This document shows positions 28,071 through 37,671 of a DNA stretch of 64,000 nucleotides, piece by piece. The translations under genes were made by a program, and so were the position numbers. Every line of letters begins with the position of its first letter. The first letter of the stretch is position 1. The notes under the pieces are model-generated. The model made no database searches, was not told the origin of the DNA, and saw nothing but the letters and a program-made list of their open reading frames with translations. The stretch is taken from the NCBI GenBank assembly GCA_963771275.1, contig CAVYSW010000010.1, positions 448,001 to 512,000 on the forward strand, read 5' to 3'. Source of the DNA: an uncultured Gemmatimonadales bacterium. Its GTDB lineage: Bacteria > Gemmatimonadota > Gemmatimonadetes > Gemmatimonadales > GWC2-71-9.

Positions 28071-29612
28071 CTAGGCTCCCCGCAGACCGGGTTCAAGAGC
28101 ACCCGCCCACCGTTCGGCCGCGCCCTGCAGCGCGGCGAGGAACGGCGGCCCATATCGCACCAGGTACGACACGACGTTCAGGACGCGCTCCTGCGGCTTG
28201 TCGAGTGGATAGAGGCTGCGCCGTGATTTCGCAAGCTGCTGCGCCACAATGTCGTTTTGCTGCGTGAGATGCGCGAGGATCCGCTTCTCGATGTCCTGCA
28301 GGCCGGCCAGCGCCGCATGCTGTGCCGATTCCACCGGCCGCTTGAGGGTGGGATCGATGCTCACGGCACCCTGCCGCAACCCGGCATACTCCCGCGGGAT
28401 GACGTCGCGCAGCGTCCGGAGCGCGGCGAGGACGCTCTCGGGCATGTCCCCTCGCACGAGGCGCCGCTCGAGCGGTCCTGCGGGCGGCCGCAGGTCGGTC
28501 GGTTGCAGGCCGTACTTGTCGAGCAGCTTGCGGACGCGCGCTTCCACCACCATTCCCGACCACCGGGCGATGGGCGCCTGCGGGGGCACGCCGAGCGCTT
28601 CGTACAGCGGGGCCGCCTGGGGCAGATAGGCGAGCTCCCCCGGCCCGCCCACGTAGGCCAGCGTCGGGAGCAGGGCCGCCTCGACGACTGGTCGCAGGAG
28701 CACGTTGGGGGAGAACCGCTCCGGGGCCCGGTCGGCGAGCACGCGCAGCTCGTCGAGCGTGAACCGCTGGCCGGATCGCCGGGTCTGAAACGTCCCGTCG
28801 CGCAGCAGGAGGCGGTCTCGTCCGGCCGCACCCTCCACCATGACGGGCGTGGCGCCGTCGCCGGTGGCGACGGGAGCTGCGGCCCCGCGCGCCGCCAGCT
28901 CTTCGGCGCGGGTCGCGAGGGCGCGGTCGAGCGCGTCCGCCCGCGCCAGCGTCTCCAGCAGCAGGGGGCGCATGGCGCGCTTGGCCGCCTCGTGCGTCGG
29001 ACGGAACACCACGAGGCCGAACGGGCCCAACAGCTCCGCCAGCGCAGCCGCGAACGCGTCGGCGACGTTGGTCTCCGGCGTGTAATGCCGGGCGATCCAC
29101 CCGAGGACGGCGTCACGAAACTCCGACGGGGGCGTTTCGAGCCGCGTGGTTGCCACAAGATCGGTGATCGTCGGACCGAGGCGCTCGCGGTACATCGGCG
29201 TGAGCGGCGCGTCGGGGGAGCGCCCGGGCAGCGCCAGACGCAGGACGTCGCTCGCAGCGGTGAGCACGTGCGTCTCGCACGCCTCGGCGTGATCGTGGTC
29301 GTCGCCGGCCACCCAGAAGACCGGCACGACCGGCCTGCCGAGCACGTGCTCGAGGCGCGCCGCGAGGGCAACCGCCGACATCGCCTTGTAGACGGCGTAC
29401 AGCGGCCCGAGGAACAAGCCGGGCTGCTGGCCCGTGGTCACGCACAGGGTCCGCGGCGCGAACAGCCGGTCCAGCTGGGGCTCGGCCGCTCCTTCGGCGA
29501 GGCAGGCCGCGCGCAGGGCGGCCGCGGTTGGTCGCTCGCGCTGCGCGGCACGGTCATGCCACGGGATCGCCGGCAGCGGCGCGATCGGTGTCGGGAGCAA
29601 CTCCACCGTCAC
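28071..29612 (-). CDS. bshC: Bacillithiol biosynthesis cysteine-adding enzyme BshC
   Basis: VTTGQQPGLFLGPLY..YK, VPVFWVAGDDHD, FSPNVLLRP, YVGGPGELAY and PQERVLN. Confidence 0.92.
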   Translation of the reverse strand: MTVELLPTPIAPLPAIPWHDRAAQRERPTAAALRAACLAEGAAEPQLDRLFAPRTLCVTTGQQPGLFLGPLYAVYKAMSAVALAARLEHVLGRPVVPVFWVAGDDHDHAEACETHVLTAASDVLRLALPGRSPDAPLTPMYRERLGPTITDLVATTRLETPPSEFRDAVLGWIARHYTPETNVADAFAAALAELLGPFGLVVFRPTHEAAKRAMRPLLLETLARADALDRALATRAEELAARGAAAPVATGDGATPVMVEGAAGRDRLLLRDGTFQTRRSGQRFTLDELRVLADRAPERFSPNVLLRPVVEAALLPTLAYVGGPGELAYLPQAAPLYEALGVPPQAPIARWSGMVVEARVRKLLDKYGLQPTDLRPPAGPLERRLVRGDMPESVLAALRTLRDVIPREYAGLRQGAVSIDPTLKRPVESAQHAALAGLQDIEKRILAHLTQQNDIVAQQLAKSRRSLYPLDKPQERVLNVVSYLVRYGPPFLAALQGAAERWAGALEPGLRGA

Positions 29613-30331
29613 GGGCGGACTCCAGTCAGAATGATGCGCGGGGCGGATGGTGCCGCCGGTCCTCCGGCATAGTCGCCGAACCGGTCCCGCACGGCGAGGC
29701 CGGCCGCCTCGAGCAACGCCGTCAGGTCCTCCGGCGTGAACAGCCGGACCCGCTCGACGAAGCTGCGCCCGTCGTCCATCAGGTGCATCTCCTTGACCAC
29801 GAAGCGCCCGTCGGGGCTCAGGCGCCGTTCGATCACCACGCGCTCGGCGCCGATCAATCGCTCTTCGTGGGCCACGAGGGTCGCCCGCACGGCTGCCGCG
29901 TTGAAGTAGTCCAGCACGAACACCCCACCGGGTCCGAGGAGCGCGGCGGCCGCGCGAACCACCGCCGCGTGCTGCTGGTCGTCCGCGAAGTAACCGAAGC
30001 TCGTGAACAGGTTGACCACCATGTCGAACGTGGCCGGCGCGAACGGCAGCCGGCGCATGTCCGCCCGCACGAACGTCACGGCACCCTTGGTGCGTTGCCG
30101 CGCGCGGGCGAGCAGCGGCAACGACAGGTCCAGCCCCACGGTGCGTGCGCCCCGTGCCGCGAGCTGGGCGGCATGGCGACCCGGGCCGCAGGCGAGGTCG
30201 AGCACGCGGCGGCCGGCGAGCGGAGACACCCGGTCGATCAGCGCGACCGCCGCCCCCGCGTCGCGGTCGTCGCGGTGCGGGTAGAGGCGGAGGTATTCCT
30301 CACCGAACCACTGCTCGAACCACTCGGTCAC
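29609..30331 (-). CDS. Class I SAM-dependent methyltransferase (candidate bacillithiol N-methyltransferase, see findings)
   Basis: VLDLACGPGRH, ADMRRLPF and NLFTSFGYF; N-terminal WFEQWF..YLRLYPHRD. Confidence 0.88.
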   Translation of the reverse strand: MTEWFEQWFGEEYLRLYPHRDDRDAGAAVALIDRVSPLAGRRVLDLACGPGRHAAQLAARGARTVGLDLSLPLLARARQRTKGAVTFVRADMRRLPFAPATFDMVVNLFTSFGYFADDQQHAAVVRAAAALLGPGGVFVLDYFNAAAVRATLVAHEERLIGAERVVIERRLSPDGRFVVKEMHLMDDGRSFVERVRLFTPEDLTALLEAAGLAVRDRFGDYAGGPAAPSAPRIILTGVRP

Positions 30332-30332
30332 A

Positions 30333-30803
30333 TCACACGCCCTTGTGGTACGGCTCGCCCCGCAGGATGGTCACCGCGCGATACAGCTGCTCGCACAGGA
30401 CGAGGCGCGCCAGCTCGTGCGGGAGTGTGAGCCGCGACAGGCTCAGCCGGGTTTCGCACGCCACGAGCAGGTCGTCGGGCAGGCCGTGCGCGCCCCCGAT
30501 CAGCAACGCGACGTCCCGGGCGTCCTCCCGCCAGCGCCGCACGACGCCGGCAAACTCGGTGCTCGACGGCGCCCGTCCGCCGCGCGTGAGCGCCACGCAC
30601 CGTGCGCCGGGCGGCACCGCCGCCAGGAGCCGCTCGCCCTCCGCCGTCCGCGCGGCGGCCGGTGTCGGCGCCCGCCGGCCCGCCTCGCGCACCTCGCGCA
30701 CCGCGATGCCCAGGCCGCGCCGCGCGCGCCGCAGATAGTCGTCACACGCCGCCGCGAGCGCGGCGTCCCGTACCCGGCCGACGGCGATGATATGGACCAC
30801 CAT
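30333..30803 (-). CDS. rlmH: 23S rRNA (pseudouridine1915-N3)-methyltransferase
   Basis: IIAVGR, LLIGGAHGL and LSLSRLTLPHELARLVLCEQLYRAVTILRGEPYHK. Confidence 0.95.
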   Translation of the reverse strand: MVVHIIAVGRVRDAALAAACDDYLRRARRGLGIAVREVREAGRRAPTPAAARTAEGERLLAAVPPGARCVALTRGGRAPSSTEFAGVVRRWREDARDVALLIGGAHGLPDDLLVACETRLSLSRLTLPHELARLVLCEQLYRAVTILRGEPYHKGV

Positions 30804-31199
30804 CAGGCACACATCCCACGGAGGCGATGGACGGCCGCGACGCGCTCGACGGCGAGCATGTACGCGGCGGTGCGCATGTTCACCTTGTGGTGGTGGGCTG
30901 CAGAGAGCACGTCGCGGAACGACCGCTGGAGGATGGCCGGCAGGCGCTCGTTGACCGTGGACCCGTCCCAGAAGTACCCGCCGCGGTCCCGCACCCACTC
31001 GAAATAGCTCACCGTGACGCCGCGCGTTGGCGCGGATGTCGGGAATGACGAACGCGCCTTGCTCCTCGAGAATGCCCGATCGAACCGCTCCATCATGGCC
31101 CTCGAACGGGTTGTCCTCGTTCAGCACAGGGTCCTTGCTGGGCCCCAGGATGTCGGTCGCCGGGCGAGCGCCCGGGTTCTGGGATGGCGTCTGGCTCAT
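30803..31199 (-). pseudogene. gdh: Glu/Leu/Phe/Val dehydrogenase remnant: N- and C-termini only, large internal deletion plus frameshifts
   Basis: ...[16 protein letters not shown] joined directly to [26 protein letters not shown]...[21 protein letters not shown] across frame changes. Confidence 0.85.
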
Positions 31200-32272
31200 C
31201 GCTCGTGCTCCGCCGCCGCGGTCAGGACTCCGGTGGCCTGCGTTCCCGCCCCGCACCGGACGCATCGCGTCAGGTCCCCGAGGCATCGGTACAGAGCTTG
31301 GTCGACCTCGGCGCGACCCTGCTCCCAGCTGATTCCCAACTCCGCGACCAGGGGCTCCGGGGCGTCCGCGGGCCATCGTGCGCGGAGCTTGGAGGCGTCT
31401 TTCGCGGTGACAACAACGTAATCAGCCTTCCGGGCGGCGCCGAGCAGGCGCGCCACGTCCCGGCCCGTGTACGGGTGATGGTCGCGCCAGGCCAGCAGCG
31501 CGACCCCGGCGCCGGCGACGCGGAGCTGGGCGACGAAGGCGGCGGGGTCGGCAATCCCGCACGCGGCGAGCACGCGCTTACCCGCCAGGTCGCCGAGCGA
31601 CGCTCGTCGCGTACTCCGGAGACCATGGAGCCCGGTGATCCCCAATCGGGCCACGGCAACGGGGCGTCGCGGCGCGCGCGCGCGCAACGCCCGGACGCCC
31701 TCCCGCACCATCGCCGGCGGTGCGGCCTTGACGGTCAGCACAATCAGATCCGCATGGACCAGTGTTCCCCAGGTTTCCCGCCAGGGCCCCGCCGGCAGCG
31801 GCCAGCGGGGAGCGGTGAGCGATTCGGCGCTCACGAGCACGATTTGGAGGTCGGCGCGCGCCCGGAGATGCTGGAACGCGTCATCGAGCACGAGCACCCG
31901 GGCGCCGGCGGCGGCGGCCTGCCGCGCGCTCCGCACCCGGTCGGCTCCCGTGACGACAACGCCTCCAGGAACGGCGGCGCGGTGTATCCCCGCTTCATCC
32001 CCACCGTACCCCCGGAGGAGGATCGCCGGCCGGACTCCGCGCCGCTGGTACCATCGGGCGATCCACGCGGCCATGGGCGTCTTGCCAGCGCCGCCCACCG
32101 TGAGACCCCCGACGGCGACCGCGGGAAGCGCCAGCCGGTGGCGCGGTCGGAGGCCCGCCTGATAGGCTCGGCGGCGTGCGCGCATCGCACCGGTGTAGAG
32201 CAGCGCCACCGGAACCAGCGCCGCCCGCGCGAGACGCGCGCCGAAGCCGCGCGACGTCCACAGAGCACTCAC
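31196..32272 (-). CDS. lpxK: Tetraacyldisaccharide 4'-kinase
   Basis: VGGLTVGGAGKTP, LLRGYGG, VLDDAFQH, LPAGPWRE, DHHPY and TAKDA. Confidence 0.9.
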   Translation of the reverse strand: MSALWTSRGFGARLARAALVPVALLYTGAMRARRRAYQAGLRPRHRLALPAVAVGGLTVGGAGKTPMAAWIARWYQRRGVRPAILLRGYGGDEAGIHRAAVPGGVVVTGADRVRSARQAAAAGARVLVLDDAFQHLRARADLQIVLVSAESLTAPRWPLPAGPWRETWGTLVHADLIVLTVKAAPPAMVREGVRALRARAPRRPVAVARLGITGLHGLRSTRRASLGDLAGKRVLAACGIADPAAFVAQLRVAGAGVALLAWRDHHPYTGRDVARLLGAARKADYVVVTAKDASKLRARWPADAPEPLVAELGISWEQGRAEVDQALYRCLGDLTRCVRCGAGTQATGVLTAAAEHER

Positions 32273-32877
32273 GGCAGCGCCGCGAGCGCGGCGACCGCGT
32301 CGAGGCGCCTGGCCAGCTCGCCCGATGTCGCGTCCGCTCCATGGTCGAGGCCAGGGTCCATCGGCGGCCCATACGCGATGCGCACGCGGGCGAACGGATG
32401 CGGGATCACGAGGCGGTCCCACGATCCCAGCTCCCAGGCGCTGCTCGCGCCCGCCGCCACCGGGAGGATCGGCGCGTGGACCCGCCGGGCGGCGTCCAGC
32501 ACGCCGGACTTTACGACCCGGGCAGGCCCGCGTGGCCCATCGGGGGTCACCGCGACCGTCCCGCCGGCATCCAGCGTGCGGATCATCGCCCGAAGCGCCA
32601 CCGCTCCACCGCGGGTGGTGGAGCCGCGCACCAGGCGATACCCCAGCCGCGTCGCGGAGTGGGCGAGCAGCTCGCCGTCGGCGTGTCGGCTCACCAGAAG
32701 GGTGATGTCCTGCCGCCGGTGCCACCACAGCAGGGGGAGCAGCGTGCGATGCCACAGGGCGAACACGAAGCCGCCGCCCGCGCGGCGCGTCGACGCCAGG
32801 TGCTCTCCGCCGACGACGTCGATCCGCCAGGTCGCCGCCAGGAGGCGCAGCAGGATGCGGAGCGCGAGCCGCCGCAT
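32269..32877 (-). CDS. DUF374 / lysophospholipid acyltransferase-like protein
   Basis: FALWH, LVSRHADGE, VRGSTTRGG, VTPDGPRGP and SWDRL.IP.PF. Confidence 0.88.
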   Translation of the reverse strand: MRRLALRILLRLLAATWRIDVVGGEHLASTRRAGGGFVFALWHRTLLPLLWWHRRQDITLLVSRHADGELLAHSATRLGYRLVRGSTTRGGAVALRAMIRTLDAGGTVAVTPDGPRGPARVVKSGVLDAARRVHAPILPVAAGASSAWELGSWDRLVIPHPFARVRIAYGPPMDPGLDHGADATSGELARRLDAVAALAALP

Positions 32878-33986
32878 CAGGCGACGAGGTCCAATCCGAG
32901 GCCCGCAACCCGCTGTGCCACACCTGGCGCACCGAGCCGCTCACGGGCCTCGGCGAAGGCGGCCCGCTGCGCGCGCGCCGGGGCCCCGTCGCGGTCCAGC
33001 AGGGGCCGCACCGCTTCGGCGAGGGCACGGGGACATGCCGCGCGCTGCAGCAGCTCGGGGACCACCTGCCGCCCGAGAATCAGGTTCACCAGGCCGACGT
33101 GCGCGACCCGCACGACGTGCGTCGCGATGGCGAACGTGAGTGGGTGCATCCGGTAGGCGACTACGTGGGGGACGTTTGCCAGGGCCGCTTCGAGCGTCGT
33201 CGAGCCGGACTTGCAGAGCGCGGCGTCCGCGGCGGCGACCACGGCGCCGGCGTCGCCGTGCACGAGCGCGAGGTCGTCGGCCAGCTCATGCTCTCCCCGA
33301 GGCCCGTCGGCGAGCAGGATGGTGAGGTCGCGGTGCTCCGCGCGCAGGCGGCGCGCCGCTTCACGAAACAGCGGCCAGAGCGCCCGGCGCTCGGCGGGCC
33401 GGCTCCCCGGGAACAGCGCCAGGGCCGGCGCGTCGGACTCGATCCCGAGGCAGGCGCGCGCGTCCCGGCGGGTGGGCGGCGCGCGGTCGAGCAGCGGATG
33501 ACCGACGAAGCGGGCGTCCAGGCCGCGGGATCGGAAGTACGCCTCCTCGAACGGGAGCGCGACCGCGAGGCGCCGCACCACGCGGCGCAACGTCGTCGCG
33601 CGCCATGCGCCCCAGGCCCACAGCTGGGGGGGCAGGTAATAGAGGACGGGAATGCCGGCCTCGTGGGCGGTGCGGGCGACGCGCAGGTGGAACCCCGGAT
33701 AATCGACGAGGACGGCGAGGTCGTAACGGCGGGCGCGCAGGTGGCGTCGGACGCGTCGCAGCGCCGCGACGTGCGCCAAGGCACTGCCGGCGGCCTCGGC
33801 GAGCCCCATGGCTCCCAGCCCGTCGGCCGATTCCAGGATCCGGACGCCCGCGGCGCGCATGGCCGGCCCGCCCATCCCCTCGAGGCGCGCATCCGGCGCC
33901 GCGGTGCGGAGTGCCGCCGCGAGGGAGCCGGCATAGCGGTCGCCCGATGGCTCTCCCGCTGAAAGGTAGATGGCCCGCGGCGTCAC
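32877..33986 (-). CDS. lpxB: Lipid-A-disaccharide synthase
   Basis: AGEPSGD, VDYPGFH, PPQLWAW, LPFE, FVGHPL, FPGSR and VPELLQ. Confidence 0.93.
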   Translation of the reverse strand: MTPRAIYLSAGEPSGDRYAGSLAAALRTAAPDARLEGMGGPAMRAAGVRILESADGLGAMGLAEAAGSALAHVAALRRVRRHLRARRYDLAVLVDYPGFHLRVARTAHEAGIPVLYYLPPQLWAWGAWRATTLRRVVRRLAVALPFEEAYFRSRGLDARFVGHPLLDRAPPTRRDARACLGIESDAPALALFPGSRPAERRALWPLFREAARRLRAEHRDLTILLADGPRGEHELADDLALVHGDAGAVVAAADAALCKSGSTTLEAALANVPHVVAYRMHPLTFAIATHVVRVAHVGLVNLILGRQVVPELLQRAACPRALAEAVRPLLDRDGAPARAQRAAFAEARERLGAPGVAQRVAGLGLDLVA

Positions 33987-34759
33987 CCGACGAGCACGCC
34001 CCTCTCCGACGTGACGACGAAATCCAGCAGCCGGTCGACCTCCGGCGGCCTGGTGGGATCGGCCCGCAGCTCAGCCACCGCGGCGGCGGTCGTACGGCTG
34101 GAGTTGAACAGCAGCCGGAAGGCGCGCTGCAGGGCCAGTCGGACGGGCGGCGGGAAGGCGGCGCGACGAAGCCCGACGGCGTTGATGCCGTAGAGGCGCA
34201 GGGGGATTCCCGCCACGCGGGCAAACGGCGGGACGTCCTGCGGCACGCGGGAGCCCCCGCCGAGGAACGCGTATTCGCCGATTCGGACGAACTGGTGAAC
34301 CGGGGTCTGGCCGCCGATCCACGCGTGATGGCCGATGGTCACGTGACCGGCGAGCTGTACGTCGTTCGCGATCACCACGTCGTCGCCGATCACGCAATCG
34401 TGGGCGACATGCACATAGGTCATGAGAAAGCAGCGCGATCCGATGCGCGTGACGCCCCCCGGGGTCGCGGCCCGATTGATCGTGCTGTACTCGCGGATCT
34501 TGGTCTCGTCGCCGATGTCGACCTGCGTCGGTCCACCGCCGTACTTCACGTCCTGCGGGGGGCTCCCGATCACCACGCCGTAACCGATGGTGCAGCCGCG
34601 TCCGACGCGCGTGTCACGCTCGATCACGGCGTGGGCCTGGATTTCCGTGCTCTCCCCCACCTCGACCCCGGGACCGACCACGGCATACGGACCGACGAGC
34701 ACGTCGGCGCCGAGCTCGGCGCGAGGATCGATCACGGCCGTCGGATGGACCTGGACCAT
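33983..34759 (-). CDS. lpxA: Acyl-ACP--UDP-N-acetylglucosamine O-acyltransferase
   Basis: VHPTAVID hexapeptide repeats, PQDVKY, HVAHDC, LAGHV and VHQF. Confidence 0.95.
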   Translation of the reverse strand: MVQVHPTAVIDPRAELGADVLVGPYAVVGPGVEVGESTEIQAHAVIERDTRVGRGCTIGYGVVIGSPPQDVKYGGGPTQVDIGDETKIREYSTINRAATPGGVTRIGSRCFLMTYVHVAHDCVIGDDVVIANDVQLAGHVTIGHHAWIGGQTPVHQFVRIGEYAFLGGGSRVPQDVPPFARVAGIPLRLYGINAVGLRRAAFPPPVRLALQRAFRLLFNSSRTTAAAVAELRADPTRPPEVDRLLDFVVTSERGVLVG

Positions 34760-36042
34760 CAGCGGTCGATGAGACGGGCGGCCATTTCGGCCTCCGCCAC
34801 CGGCTGCCCGTCCACGTAGGCGACGCCGCGAATCCGGCAGTTGCGGCCGCGGAACTGCAGGACGTCGAGCTCGAAGCGCAGCTGATCGCCGGGGATTACG
34901 GGACGGCGGAACTTCACATTGTCGAGCGTCATGAAGTAGACGACTTTCGTCTCGGGGTCGTCTACCGAGCCCATCAGCAACACCCCGCCGGCCTGGGCCA
35001 GGGCTTCGATGATCAGGACGCCGGGCATGACGGGATGGCCGGGGAAGTGACCCTGGAAGAACGGCTCGTTGAACGTGACGTTCTTGATGCCGACGATCCG
35101 ATCTCGACCCTGGATCTCGATGATCCGGTCGACGAGCAGCATCGGATAGCGGTGCGGCAGGGTCCCGAGGATCTGGTCGATGCCCATCACGGGGGGGCCC
35201 GTCATGCTCGCCACGCGGCGCAGCGCCCGCGCCACGGCCACGTTGCCGGCATGACTGGGTCGGAACGCCATGATCGCCGCCTCGACCCGCCCCCCGGCCA
35301 GCGCGAGGTCGCCCAGCAGATCGACCGCCTTGTGGCGCGCGAACTCGTCGGGCCAGCGGAGCGCCGAGCCGGCGGCGAGCCCGGATGCGGTGAGCAGGAT
35401 CGTGTTCTCGGCCGACGCGCCGAGCGCGAGCCCCCGGGCCTGGAGGCTCTCCCGCTCCGCGACGAAGCCGAACGTGCGCGCCCGAGCCAGCGCGTCCGCG
35501 AACGCGTCGGCCGCTGCGTCGTAGCAGCCGCTCTGGCGGCCGATCAGCGGGTGCGGCCATTCGACCGTCACGGTGATCCGCAGCGTCGACGCCGGGGCGA
35601 GCACGTATTCCGCGTCGCCTTCGCGGACGGTGAGCGGGGCGGCGACGCGCCAGACCACCGGCTGCCCGGCGTGCTCCACGGTCCCGGCGCCGCGCAGGGC
35701 GTCGAACAGCGCGCCGGCGCTGCCGTCGCCGGCCGGGATCTCGGGGCCGTCCACCTCGACGCGCAGGTCGTCGAGGCCGAGTGCGGTGGCGGCGGCGAGC
35801 AGGTGCTCCACCGTCTGCACGGCGTGATCGCCCGTGCCCAGCACGACCCCGCGGTCGGTCGCGCTGACGCGCTCCGGGAGCGCTGGCACGGGGATGGGCT
35901 CCGGGGTGTCGGTCCGCAGGAAGACGATGCCGGAGCCGGATGCCGCCGGGAGCAGCCGGATGGCGCAGGGCCGTCCGGTGTGGAGTCCGGTCCCCCGGAC
36001 GGATGCGGAGGCGGCCAGGGTGCGTCTAGTCGCTGCGCTCAT
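34759..36042 (-). CDS. lpxC/fabZ: Bifunctional LpxC/FabZ fusion
   Basis: GTGLHTG, TVEHLL, ARTFGF and RHKAVDLLGDL, then LPHRYPMLLVDR and FQGHFPGHPVMPGVLIIEALAQ. Confidence 0.93.
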   Translation of the reverse strand: MSAATRRTLAASASVRGTGLHTGRPCAIRLLPAASGSGIVFLRTDTPEPIPVPALPERVSATDRGVVLGTGDHAVQTVEHLLAAATALGLDDLRVEVDGPEIPAGDGSAGALFDALRGAGTVEHAGQPVVWRVAAPLTVREGDAEYVLAPASTLRITVTVEWPHPLIGRQSGCYDAAADAFADALARARTFGFVAERESLQARGLALGASAENTILLTASGLAAGSALRWPDEFARHKAVDLLGDLALAGGRVEAAIMAFRPSHAGNVAVARALRRVASMTGPPVMGIDQILGTLPHRYPMLLVDRIIEIQGRDRIVGIKNVTFNEPFFQGHFPGHPVMPGVLIIEALAQAGGVLLMGSVDDPETKVVYFMTLDNVKFRRPVIPGDQLRFELDVLQFRGRNCRIRGVAYVDGQPVAEAEMAARLIDR

Positions 36043-37060
36043 GGGAATGGAGCAGTCGCTCGAGAGAGGTGACCAGAGGAGTGAGACGGGTAAGCGCGGC
36101 ATGCTGCCGCAGCACGCGTCGGTGATCCCGGGCCGGGTATCCCGAGACGGTCGCACCGGCGGCGATGTCGCCGATCACGCCGCTCTGCGCCGCGATGCGG
36201 GCGCCGTCGCCCACCCGCAGCTGGCCGGCGAGGCCTGCCTGCCCGGCGAGGATCACATCGTCGCCGATGGTCGTGGTCCCGGCAATGCCAACCTGTGCCA
36301 TGATCACGCAGCGGGCTCCGATCCGCACGTTGTGCCCGACCTGAACGAGGTTGTCGATCTTCGTGCCGGGTCCGATGCAGGTAGTGCCCACCGATCCGCG
36401 GTCCACGGTGCTGTTGGCCCCGAGCTCGACGTCGTCGCCCAGTTGGCAGCGGCCGACATGTGGCAGCCGTTCGCGACCCGCGCCGACCGCCGTGTACCCG
36501 AATCCTTCGGTGCCGATCCGCGCGCCGGCCTTGGCGACCACGCGGTGTCCCAGCTCGGCGCCGGCGGCGATCAGCACATGCTCGTCGATGCGGCACGTGT
36601 CGCCCAGCACGGCGCCCTCGCCGATCTGCGCGTAGGCGCCGACGCGGCAGTCCGCGCCGAGCCGCACGCCCGGACCGAGGACCGCGTAAGGACCCACGGC
36701 GATCCGCCCCACCCAGCGACAGCCCCGCCCTACCGATGCGGTCGCGGCGATCCCCCACGCCGGTGGGGGCGCCGGGAACAGCGCGCGCAGCACGGTGCCG
36801 AGTGCCGCCCGCGGGTCGGACACCACGATGCGCGTCGCGGGCCCGGCCGCCACGTCCCGGTACTGCGGCGCGACGAGCACGACGCCCGCGTTCGAGCGCC
36901 GAAAATACGGGAGGTGGGCTCCCGAGGCAAGAAACGCGAGATCGCCGGGGCCGGCCTCGTCCAGCGAGGCGGCGCCGGCGATTGCCGCGTCCGGCCGACC
37001 GATCACTTCGCCGCCGACCAGCTCCGCGATCTCGCGCGCGGTGAGATGCCGCGCCGACAT
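36026..37060 (-). CDS. lpxD: UDP-3-O-acyl-glucosamine N-acyltransferase
   Basis: IGTEGFGY, DDVELGANSTVDRG and TKIDNLVQVGHNV. Confidence 0.95.
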   Translation of the reverse strand: MSARHLTAREIAELVGGEVIGRPDAAIAGAASLDEAGPGDLAFLASGAHLPYFRRSNAGVVLVAPQYRDVAAGPATRIVVSDPRAALGTVLRALFPAPPPAWGIAATASVGRGCRWVGRIAVGPYAVLGPGVRLGADCRVGAYAQIGEGAVLGDTCRIDEHVLIAAGAELGHRVVAKAGARIGTEGFGYTAVGAGRERLPHVGRCQLGDDVELGANSTVDRGSVGTTCIGPGTKIDNLVQVGHNVRIGARCVIMAQVGIAGTTTIGDDVILAGQAGLAGQLRVGDGARIAAQSGVIGDIAAGATVSGYPARDHRRVLRQHAALTRLTPLVTSLERLLHSHERSD

Positions 37061-37065
37061 GGACG

Positions 37066-37650
37066 CTACTGCGTCGTCTGCAGTCGCTGCACGACCACGG
37101 TCGTGAGGTCGAGCGTCCGGTCTGCGGCGACGACGTTGTTGCCGGGTGCCCCCACGTCGAAGATGAACAGGAGGTTGCGCTCGGCGCGAAGGCCCTCGAT
37201 CACCCCTTTGACGCGCTCTTCGAGCGGCGCGACCAGCTCGCGCTCGCGACTGGCGGCCTTGTCCTGCAGTTCGTTGTACCGCTGCTGGAGCCGCTGCTGC
37301 ATGTCGCGGATTTCCTGCTGCTTGGTCTGCCGGGTCGACGGCGAGAGCGCGATCTGCTGGCGGTCGTAGTCCCGGACCATCGAGTCGAGCTGGGTTTGCA
37401 TGCGCTCGACCTCGGCGCGGTATCCCGAGACCTCCACGTTCAGCGTCGACTCGGCCTGGGCGTATCCCGGGACCTGGCGGAGGATCAGTTGTGAGTTGAC
37501 CCAGCCGAAGCGCGCGCCGCTCTGGGGGGTCTGCGCCGCCGCGGCCGGGGGCTGGTTCTGGGCGGCGGTGGGGCCGGCCGACAGCACCAGCAGCAGTGCA
37601 GCAGTGGGTGCCAGGAGACGGACCGGGTCGAGAAGACGAGAGTGTGTCAT
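37066..37650 (-). CDS. skp: Periplasmic chaperone Skp/OmpH
   Basis: Signal peptide, FGWVNSQLIL, long coiled coil, DLTTVV; located between bamA and lpxD. Confidence 0.88.
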   Translation of the reverse strand: MTHSRLLDPVRLLAPTAALLLVLSAGPTAAQNQPPAAAAQTPQSGARFGWVNSQLILRQVPGYAQAESTLNVEVSGYRAEVERMQTQLDSMVRDYDRQQIALSPSTRQTKQQEIRDMQQRLQQRYNELQDKAASRERELVAPLEERVKGVIEGLRAERNLLFIFDVGAPGNNVVAADRTLDLTTVVVQRLQTTQ

Positions 37651-37671
37651 GATCGCGTGCCCATCAAGAGG

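Noticed and set aside
30333..31376. 347-aa ORF as an N-terminally extended RlmH
   Set aside because: RlmH starts at 30803; the extension reads through the frameshifted gdh remnant and the end of lpxK
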